A DNA stretch of 11,390 nt from a virus (Duplodnaviria; Heunggongvirae; Uroviricota; Caudoviricetes), in IMG/VR virus record IMGVR_UViG_3300032167_000073, one strand, 5' to 3'. Position numbers and translations under genes: made by a program. How positions within the stretch are numbered: position 1 is the stretch's first letter; the number at the start of each line of letters is the position of its first letter. A model generated the notes under the pieces. That model searched no databases. It was not told where the DNA came from and was given only the letters and a program-made list of their open reading frames with translations. This document shows, one piece after another, positions 1 through 5,611 of this stretch.

Positions 1-109
1 GGCATCACTTCCGGCCATCCTCGCAGGCAGGGCAGCAGGGCGGGCGCTGGCCGGGTTGAGCGACAACGGCAGCACTTCCGGCCATCCTCGCAGGCAGGGC
101 AGCAGGGCG
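1..109. repeat. 42-bp direct repeat, two copies (1-42 and 68-109), period 67 bp; may continue left of the window
   Basis: GGCA[T/G]CACTTCCGGCCATCCTCGCAGGCAGGGCAGCAGGGCG twice with one mismatch; 37-bp exact core at 6-42 and 73-109. Confidence 0.9.
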
Positions 110-131
110 ACAAATGAATGAAAATTCTTTG

Positions 132-195
132 AAAGAAAATGCAGAAAAACTATTGACGTGCGTTAATGCTGGAGCTATAATACAACCATAGTCAA
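132..195 (+). promoter_or_regulatory. Repeat-promoter copy 1
   Basis: TTGACG 153-158, 17-bp spacer containing CTGGAG, TATAAT 176-181, AACCATAGTCAA downstream, A-tracts upstream. Confidence 0.9.
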
Positions 196-234
196 CGACA
201 ACAAACGGTAAACGTCAAAACAGGAGGTATTCAA

Positions 235-417
235 ATGTTCGGCATTAACGCTTGTCTGGAGTCCATCGAATTCGACGTGAAGGTTCTTCATAAAGACCCG
301 CTGCATATGCTCGGCAAATATACGCTGCGTGCAAAGCAAGATCCTAGCTTTAATAAGACGATGATTGACGCGCTGATGATTTACATTGAGCGTAACGGCA
401 TCCGCTGGGATGACTGA
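235..417 (+). CDS. Hypothetical protein, 60 aa
   Basis: AGGAGG RBS at 222-227; only gene of module 1. Confidence 0.85.
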   Translation: MFGINACLESIEFDVKVLHKDPLHMLGKYTLRAKQDPSFNKTMIDALMIYIERNGIRWDD

Positions 418-429
418 AAAGCAAGCCGC

Positions 430-451
430 GCCGGGACGGTAAAATCCCGGC
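430..451 (+). other. GC-rich hairpin, possible terminator or 3' stabiliser
   Basis: GCCGGGA/TCCCGGC 7-bp stem, 8-nt loop; followed by A6 then T5 rather than an immediate U-tract. Confidence 0.45.
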
Positions 452-464
452 AAAAAACTTTTTC

Positions 465-528
465 AAAAATAAATCAGAAAAAGTATTGACAACGGCGTAA
501 GCTGGAGTTACAATCTAACCGTAGTCAA
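465..528 (+). promoter_or_regulatory. Repeat-promoter copy 2
   Basis: TTGACA 486-491, 17 bp, TACAAT 509-514, CTGGAG and AACCGTAGTCAA boxes. Confidence 0.9.
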
Positions 529-566
529 GAAACACCAACACTTAAAGCTTGAAGGGAGTAAAAACC

Positions 567-875
567 ATGACTGAACACATCATTACCGTTGGCCTCTTTG
601 ATAAGGATAGCAAGCGTCAGGAGATCGGCACGCTTGACGCATACAAGGTTATCACGAACATCTTTTGCGGCGCTGGCCTGTGCGCTACGATCCTTGAGGC
701 GCAGGGCGTTTACCGCCACGAAAACGGTGAAGTCGTGGTTGAACCGTCGCTGCGTGTTGAGTGCGCAGGCGCTACGCGCGAACAGATCAAGCCGATCATC
801 ATGCAGATTAAGACGGTTCTTAATCAGGAGTCCGTCATGTATAAGATGGTCGAATCCTCTATCGACTTCCTGTAA
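567..875 (+). CDS. Putative SAM lyase (SAMase)-like / DUF3574-like protein, 102 aa
   Basis: AAGGGAG RBS before ATG 567; motifs G47-x-Y49-R, E59-x-S-L-R-V and Q87-E-S-V resemble the GxY...ExT/S...Q[DE]xV pattern I recall for T3-type SAM lyases; no search run. Confidence 0.55.
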   Translation: MTEHIITVGLFDKDSKRQEIGTLDAYKVITNIFCGAGLCATILEAQGVYRHENGEVVVEPSLRVECAGATREQIKPIIMQIKTVLNQESVMYKMVESSIDFL

Positions 876-941
876 TGCAGATGACGCGCCGCCCATACCG
901 GGCGACGTGTAATGCAGCCGACGGCGGTTCAAAGCCCGCGA
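876..941 (+). ncRNA. Twister self-cleaving ribozyme, circularly permuted (P5-type order)
   Basis: P2 TGCA 876-879/913-916; GA 880-881; pseudoknot TGA 882-884/TCA 929-931; P1 885-894/900-909; U910-A911-A912 cleavage strand; pseudoknot GC 917-918/934-935; P4 GCGG 924-927/CCGC 936-939 closing a T-TCA-AA-GC loop. Confidence 0.85.
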
Positions 942-973
942 TCCTGCTAGATTAAGAAATGGGAGTGTATCAT

Positions 974-1432
974 ATGGCAAGCATTACTAGGGCGCAGCTT
1001 AACAAGTACAATGAAGCGTGCAAGAACGGCTTCATGTTCGATCTGCAGTATTTTCTGACGCATGGCGAAAAGCAGGTGATCCGCATCGTCAAGCAGGCAG
1101 ACGGTTCCCAGCTTCACGCGGTTATCTGGTTCATGCCTGAATACGAGCAGCGCAAAAATGCGTATGGTCAGACGTTTCAGGTGCCTACTGGCCGTCATCA
1201 GCCTGAAGTGCATATTTCCCGTTACGTCGAAAGCCGCATCAATAGCAATATGCTTGTGTCGCATGGCATGGGCAAGTCTATTGTGCTCAATGATCTTGAA
1301 TTGGGCAAGCCCTGCGCCCGTCGCACGTTCTCCACGCTGCAAAAGCTGACGGCGGCGATTAATGACGCATGGATTGAAACGCAGTGGGCAGAAGCGCCCG
1401 CGCGATCCTATGGCGGCGTGATTGTCGGTTGA
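974..1432 (+). CDS. Hypothetical protein, 152 aa
   Basis: GGGAG RBS 961-965 favours ATG 974. Confidence 0.85.
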   Translation: MASITRAQLNKYNEACKNGFMFDLQYFLTHGEKQVIRIVKQADGSQLHAVIWFMPEYEQRKNAYGQTFQVPTGRHQPEVHISRYVESRINSNMLVSHGMGKSIVLNDLELGKPCARRTFSTLQKLTAAINDAWIETQWAEAPARSYGGVIVG

Positions 1433-1446
1433 AGGGAGGGCGCAGC

Positions 1447-1617
1447 ATGAAGGGCAATTGCAAGCGGTACGTCGTCGAATTTGCAGGCGAATTCCTGAAG
1501 AATCCGGCGCTGTCAGATGGCTATAAGGTTGAGATCCGGCGCATTCTTGAGCACTGCAAGCGCGGGCGAATTTCATCCGTTGAAGCCGTCGAATGTATCT
1601 TGAAGCTTGTCAAGTAA
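1447..1617 (+). CDS. Hypothetical protein, 56 aa
   Basis: GGGAGG RBS before ATG 1447. Confidence 0.8.
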   Translation: MKGNCKRYVVEFAGEFLKNPALSDGYKVEIRRILEHCKRGRISSVEAVECILKLVK

Positions 1618-1633
1618 GAGGAGGTAACATATT

Positions 1634-1717
1634 ATGCCTGATATCCTTTGGTTGTTGGCGATCCCGGTTTCCTGCGTGGCGACTTTCAAGCTTCTTGCAT
1701 GGGAACAGACGTTTTAA
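1634..1717 (+). CDS. Small hydrophobic peptide, 27 aa (MPDILWLLAIPVSCVATFKLLAWEQTF)
   Basis: GGAGGT RBS at 1620-1625; fills the gap up to repeat copy 3; below the ORF-track cutoff. Confidence 0.65.
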   Translation: MPDILWLLAIPVSCVATFKLLAWEQTF

Positions 1718-1724
1718 AAATCTG

Positions 1725-1788
1725 AAAAATAATGCAGAAAAACTATTGACAAGGCGGCGGGCTGGAGTTATACTCTAACCATAGTCAA
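1725..1788 (+). promoter_or_regulatory. Repeat-promoter copy 3
   Basis: TTGACA 1746-1751, 17 bp, TATACT 1769-1774, CTGGAG and AACCATAGTCAA boxes. Confidence 0.9.
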
Positions 1789-1822
1789 GGACATCAAACA
1801 GTGAAGCAAGGGAGGCAATCAA

Positions 1823-1996
1823 ATGTATACGCTACACATTATCCCGGTTAGCACCAAAAACCCGCCGCTTTTCGTCAGGCACCATGAACCGACAATTGCC
1901 CATGCAGCAGCCGCCGATTATGCAAAGTTTAGCGACGTGCTGGCCGTAGAGGTTACAAACAACGTAACCGGGGAAATTGAAGCGATTTACGAATAA
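1823..1996 (+). CDS. Hypothetical protein, 57 aa (MYTLHIIP...TGEIEAIYE)
   Basis: GGGAGG RBS, ATG 1823, TAA 1994-1996; not in the ORF track. Confidence 0.8.
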   Translation: MYTLHIIPVSTKNPPLFVRHHEPTIAHAAAADYAKFSDVLAVEVTNNVTGEIEAIYE

Positions 1997-1997
1997 A

Positions 1998-2053
1998 TCC
2001 CGTCTGATGATGGCTGGATGGCCTCCAGCCGAAACGCTGCAAGCGTCACGGGA
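1998..2053 (+). ncRNA. Hammerhead ribozyme, type I
   Basis: Stem I TCCCGT 1998-2003/ACGGGA 2048-2053; CTGATGA 2004-2010; extra T 2011; stem II GGCTGGA 2012-2018/TCCAGCC 2024-2030; GAAA 2031-2034; stem III ACGC 2034-2037/GCGT 2043-2046; GTC cleavage triplet 2045-2047. Confidence 0.9.
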
Positions 2054-2226
2054 AGCCGCCGACGGCACGTAACCGTCGTTAAACCGGGCAGGCAGGCCGA
2101 ACGGCCTGAAGATGAAAGTCGGGCAACCGGGCGGAAAAGAGACAGGTTGAAGCGGGCAAGGAAGCTGCACCCCATGTGATCCGCTGCACGGGCGCGGCAA
2201 ATTCAAAGAAAAGGGGATAACGGGAA

Positions 2227-2538
2227 ATGACTAGAGGGTATCAGGAACGCCGCTATAACATGCAGGCGCGTGAATTTGAGAAGGTTGCCGACTGGACGTT
2301 TACCGTGTATCCCGGCGATAACGAACACTTAACCGTCAGCCGGAACGGAGTCGTGAAAACCGTTCGCGTGGAGGATTGCAGCGAATTCGTTTTCAGTTTG
2401 AAGCGCACAAAAGTGCTTGCGCGTGGCGGCGCGTCCGGCCTCTTTGAATTCATCGACAAAGAGCTGTTCGGGGATGAATTCGCGTGCTTTGCGTGGAAAG
2501 TCCTGCGCCATTGCTTCTTTGATTGCAAGGCGGCTTGA
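2227..2538 (+). CDS. Hypothetical protein, up to 103 aa
   Basis: Co-oriented ORF; start is 2227 or 2260. Confidence 0.7.
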   Translation: MTRGYQERRYNMQAREFEKVADWTFTVYPGDNEHLTVSRNGVVKTVRVEDCSEFVFSLKRTKVLARGGASGLFEFIDKELFGDEFACFAWKVLRHCFFDCKAA

Positions 2539-2587
2539 CGCAGGCGGAACGATGGCCGGAACGATTAACAGAACGGAGGGCGGAACC

Positions 2588-2827
2588 ATGAAGAAGCGGA
2601 AAAGCTATGTTGGTATGAACTTTAAAAAGTGGTGCCAACTTGATCCCGACGATGAACGGAAAATCAATTACACCCTGACAGGCTATTGGGCGTGGGTGTA
2701 CCATGAGGAACATTTTACAAGCGATGACTATTGCGATCCGATGACGATGTTTCGTGTTCAGAATTCGACGATAATGGAAATCAGGCTGGAAAACGACGAA
2801 TGGTTTGTAACCCTGCGTTATAATTAA
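2588..2827 (+). CDS. Hypothetical protein, 79 aa
   Basis: GGAGGG RBS before ATG 2588; ends just before repeat copy 4. Confidence 0.8.
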   Translation: MKKRKSYVGMNFKKWCQLDPDDERKINYTLTGYWAWVYHEEHFTSDDYCDPMTMFRVQNSTIMEIRLENDEWFVTLRYN

Positions 2828-2830
2828 TTT

Positions 2831-2892
2831 AAAAATAAAGCGGAAAAAGTATTGACAAATACAACCGCTGGAGTTATAATAACCTTAGTCAA
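2831..2892 (+). promoter_or_regulatory. Repeat-promoter copy 4
   Basis: TTGACA 2852-2857, 17 bp, TATAAT 2875-2880, CTGGAG, AACCTTAGTCAA (2 bp closer to the -10). Confidence 0.9.
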
Positions 2893-2921
2893 GGAGATAC
2901 AACACTAGGAGGCGGAAAATC

Positions 2922-3182
2922 ATGATCATTGCATCGGAAGTTATGCCGGGGATCGTCTGGAACGTCAATCGCGTATACGACGGAAACGCGCCGGAAGCAA
3001 TCGAGATGGAAACGGAAAACGAATTCATCCGCAGATTTAACCCCGTGGTGCTTTCTAACGGCCTGACCGGAAAAAGCTTCTGCATGGATACATGGATGCC
3101 TACAGGCCGACTGCTGGAAAATATCGTGCCGACGTGGGGCGCGGATGGAACGGGCGTTTATCATGCGCTGATCGTGTACTGA
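2922..3182 (+). CDS. Hypothetical protein, 86 aa
   Basis: AGGAGG RBS; first gene of module 4. Confidence 0.85.
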   Translation: MIIASEVMPGIVWNVNRVYDGNAPEAIEMETENEFIRRFNPVVLSNGLTGKSFCMDTWMPTGRLLENIVPTWGADGTGVYHALIVY

Positions 3183-3203
3183 TGGCGGAACGGAGGAATG
3201 GAA

Positions 3204-3344
3204 GTGGAAAAGCTTTATAAGGGCGTGAAGTACGATCTGAAGCCGGAAGGATATTTCACGATCCGCCTGCCGGATGGCGGATGGACAAAGTTCTTTGGAA
3301 CGGAAACGGATTGCAAGACGTTTATCCGGTTCATGATCAAGTGA
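3204..3344 (+). CDS. Hypothetical protein, ~46 aa (start-EKLYKGVKY...FMIK)
   Basis: GGAGG 3192-3196 suits GTG 3204; ATG 3198 is in frame but too close to the RBS; TGA 3342-3344. Confidence 0.7.
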   Translation: MEKLYKGVKYDLKPEGYFTIRLPDGGWTKFFGTETDCKTFIRFMIK

Positions 3345-3376
3345 TAGACCGTTAGACGGAAGAGGAGGAACAACAC

Positions 3377-3739
3377 ATGAAAATCAAGCTGGATGAGCGT
3401 GTCATTACGCTGGCGGAAGTGCAGCAGGCAAATGAGCTTGCGGCGGAAAGCGATTGGATCGACGTGGATACCATTGAAGGAGTTGTGCGCGGAAACCTTG
3501 GCGGTCATATCATGTTTGATGAGCTGATCGGAACGCCGGAACTGACGGTTACAAAGAACGATTTCCGTCTGACGGTTTGGGTGGAATGTTGGGCGCGGTT
3601 CTTCCGGGATGGAAAGAGCCGGATTGCAAAGGTCAGCGCGGATGTGCTCAAGTGGACGCAGGGCATGGAAAAAGCGGCGTTTATCGTGGAGTATGAGGAG
3701 ACGCGCGACTATATCACAAGCGGAAAGCCGGAGGCTTAA
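3377..3739 (+). CDS. Hypothetical protein, 120 aa
   Basis: GAGGAGG RBS; co-oriented ORF. Confidence 0.85.
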   Translation: MKIKLDERVITLAEVQQANELAAESDWIDVDTIEGVVRGNLGGHIMFDELIGTPELTVTKNDFRLTVWVECWARFFRDGKSRIAKVSADVLKWTQGMEKAAFIVEYEETRDYITSGKPEA

Positions 3740-3741
3740 AG

Positions 3742-3921
3742 ATGGAATTTCTCATTGAGGTTTGCGAGTCCGTGCGCAAGATCGTGCGCGTTGAGGCGGA
3801 GGATGAGCAGGCCGCTTGCGCCAAAGCTGAAGTGATGTATGATAACGGAAAGATCGACATGGAAAAAGATGTGGTCGTGGAAACTGAATTCACATGCAGG
3901 AAGCGCGGAACGGAACTGTAA
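3742..3921 (+). CDS. DpnD/PcfM-like small protein, 59 aa
   Basis: GGAGG RBS 3730-3734; IEVCESVRKIVRVEAEDEQAA...MYDNGKI...EF resembles my recollection of the DpnD/PcfM pattern; not in the ORF track. Confidence 0.6.
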   Translation: MEFLIEVCESVRKIVRVEAEDEQAACAKAEVMYDNGKIDMEKDVVVETEFTCRKRGTEL

Positions 3922-3929
3922 AACTCTTT

Positions 3930-3993
3930 AAAAATAATACAGAATAAGTATTGACAAATGGGATGTCTGGAGTTATAATCTAACCATAGTCAG
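3930..3993 (+). promoter_or_regulatory. Repeat-promoter copy 5
   Basis: TTGACA 3951-3956, 17 bp, TATAAT 3974-3979, CTGGAG, AACCATAGTCAG. Confidence 0.9.
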
Positions 3994-4023
3994 AGACATA
4001 CAATAGTAACGGAGGGCGATCCA

Positions 4024-4263
4024 ATGGAAAAGAAGATGACATATGCTGAATTCATGGAATCGGAAGAATACCGGGGCGCAGGCATCATTGGGCTGTACGA
4101 TTCGGATGGAACGGAAATAGACTGTGATGTGCCGGATGAGGATCTTGCGGAATCGGAAGTTCTGGAAGTGGAAGCGCACGCAGGATATGTAAGCGTCGTC
4201 ATCGACTTTGATGTATCCAAATGTCCGAAAAATAAAGCGGCGTTTGCGGCAGCACGAAAATAA
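4024..4263 (+). CDS. Acidic hypothetical protein, 79 aa
   Basis: GGAGGG RBS; 19 D/E versus 8 K/R. Confidence 0.85.
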   Translation: MEKKMTYAEFMESEEYRGAGIIGLYDSDGTEIDCDVPDEDLAESEVLEVEAHAGYVSVVIDFDVSKCPKNKAAFAAARK

Positions 4264-4279
4264 CAGGGAGGATGATCCA

Positions 4280-4810
4280 ATGGAAAAGCGGATGACGCTG
4301 GCGCAGCTCAAGCGGGATGCAAATTCCGGCTGCTTGGTTCTTGAAATCATGGAACGCTTTGGCGACACGGGCGAGCAGATCCCGGAACGTCTGCGTGGAA
4401 AGCGCCCGGTCACGCGAAGCAATTCTGTCGGCATCTTCCTGCGCAACATGTCCGGCGAGGAAAGCGAGCTGCGATTGGATAACGCGAAGCTGACCGAGTA
4501 CACCGGAGACGAGCTTGTCATTTACAGCGCCGGATACCGTGACGTAACGCCGCAGGAGCAGGCTGTGCTGGATGGTATCAAACGGATCTTAGCAGAGCGT
4601 GCGGATGAGTATAACGGCGGATTCTGGCAAGCTAAACAGTTTGCTATGGAAAGTGATTGCCCGTGGATGTGGGTGTATGGAACCGGGGCGATTAATGGTA
4701 AAAGATACGATCTGTGTAGCGGAAGAGTGCTTGATCATGCCGTGCGCGGAGACGTAGAAATCCGCTATAAGGTGTACAGAAAGGAGCCGCAGAATGGAAA
4801 AGCTGTATAA
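4280..4810 (+). CDS. Hypothetical protein, 176 aa
   Basis: GGGAGG RBS favours ATG 4280. Confidence 0.85.
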   Translation: MEKRMTLAQLKRDANSGCLVLEIMERFGDTGEQIPERLRGKRPVTRSNSVGIFLRNMSGEESELRLDNAKLTEYTGDELVIYSAGYRDVTPQEQAVLDGIKRILAERADEYNGGFWQAKQFAMESDCPWMWVYGTGAINGKRYDLCSGRVLDHAVRGDVEIRYKVYRKEPQNGKAV

Positions 4811-4949
4811 CGTCTATTTCACGGATGCACCGGACGATCCCGTCAAGGTGCGCTGCGCCAATAAGACGCAGGCGCGGGCGGAAGGTCGCCTGTATATCAA
4901 ACAGTGGAACCTGAAAGCAAAGATTGACCGGATTGAGGAGGCCGCTTGA
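4794..4949 (+). CDS. Hypothetical protein, 51 aa (MEKLYNVYF...IEEAA)
   Basis: AAGGAG RBS 4781-4786; overlaps the upstream gene end; not in the ORF track. Confidence 0.75.
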   Translation: MEKLYNVYFTDAPDDPVKVRCANKTQARAEGRLYIKQWNLKAKIDRIEEAA

Positions 4950-4950
4950 T

Positions 4951-5190
4951 ATGGAAAACAAAAAGGAGTTTTACATTGATACGCCCATCGGAAAGCTGCA
5001 TGTGTATGAAAAAGCCGATCCTGACTATCCCGGCATCTTTGTGGATTTGATCAATCCGCAGTTACGCAATGATGATAATATGATCTGCTGCGTGGAATAC
5101 GAACAGCTTATGCAGCGGATTCAGACTGTCACATATAGGCCGGGAGAGGATGAACCCACCGACATCATCATCAATTATGAGGAGGGGTGA
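4951..5190 (+). CDS. Hypothetical protein, 79 aa
   Basis: GAGGAGG RBS before ATG 4951. Confidence 0.85.
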   Translation: MENKKEFYIDTPIGKLHVYEKADPDYPGIFVDLINPQLRNDDNMICCVEYEQLMQRIQTVTYRPGEDEPTDIIINYEEG

Positions 5191-5193
5191 CGG

Positions 5194-5394
5194 ATGGAAA
5201 GAAAGAAAATCAGGCAGCTCATCTGCAGCGCCGGAACCCGTGAAGCGCTGGAAACGATGATCAATGAGTTTTACTATTCGGATTCATACCGGATTCGGGA
5301 TGATGGAACCGTATTCAACGCGAAGAAAAACGCCGTGCTGGATAGCACGATGGTCGAGCAGCGCCGTGGCCGCTGGCGCTTTGGTCTGATTTGA
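5194..5394 (+). CDS. Hypothetical protein, 66 aa
   Basis: GGAGGGG RBS; tight packing with neighbours. Confidence 0.8.
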   Translation: MERKKIRQLICSAGTREALETMINEFYYSDSYRIRDDGTVFNAKKNAVLDSTMVEQRRGRWRFGLI

Positions 5395-5407
5395 CGGAGG
5401 GATGACG

Positions 5408-5611
5408 ATGAAATACTTCTATACGCATGATAGCGAGCTGCGCAAGCACAACGGCCTGAAGGTGGAAATTCTCAGGAAGTTGACTGCAAGCGAGTGTGAC
5501 GAGGAGGAAGTCGGCAGCATGTACGAAGTCCGCATGCCGGACGGCAAAGAGATTCATGCTTTTGATGATGAATTGTTTGACGAGCAGCAGGAGGGTTTTC
5601 CGTGCGCATGA
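5408..5611 (+). CDS. Hypothetical protein, 67 aa
   Basis: GGAGGG 5396-5401 favours ATG 5408. Confidence 0.85.
   Translation: MKYFYTHDSELRKHNGLKVEILRKLTASECDEEEVGSMYEVRMPDGKEIHAFDDELFDEQQEGFPCA

Noticed and set aside
1-109. CRISPR array (37-bp repeat with 30-bp spacer geometry)
   Set aside because: Only two copies visible, no typical CRISPR repeat ends, no cas genes; kept only as an unexplained repeat
81-112. HDV-like ribozyme (GCC-ATCCTCGCA-GGC...GGGCGA resembles P3/L3 and J1.1/4)
   Set aside because: Could not place a proper P1 ending in a pyrimidine before GG, nor a P2 partner
132-195. Repeats as integron attC sites or Frpo-type single-stranded promoters
   Set aside because: No GTTRRRY/RYYYAAC cores or long imperfect palindrome; only a 5-bp inverted match and no partner strand for the -10; no integrase in the window
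160-195. Antisense promoter from minus-strand TTGACT
   Set aside because: The position 16-18 bp downstream on the minus strand reads CCAGC-like, not a -10 box
924-939. tRNA T-arm-like GGTTCAAAGCC
   Set aside because: No cloverleaf; fully explained as twister P4 and loop 4
2060-2110. Pistol ribozyme (hairpin followed by TTAAA)
   Set aside because: No nearby complement of the hairpin loop for the pseudoknot and no P2/P3 arrangement with a GU cleavage site
2104-2120. Second hammerhead core (CTGAAGA-T-GAAA)
   Set aside because: No stem II between the core strands and no stems I or III
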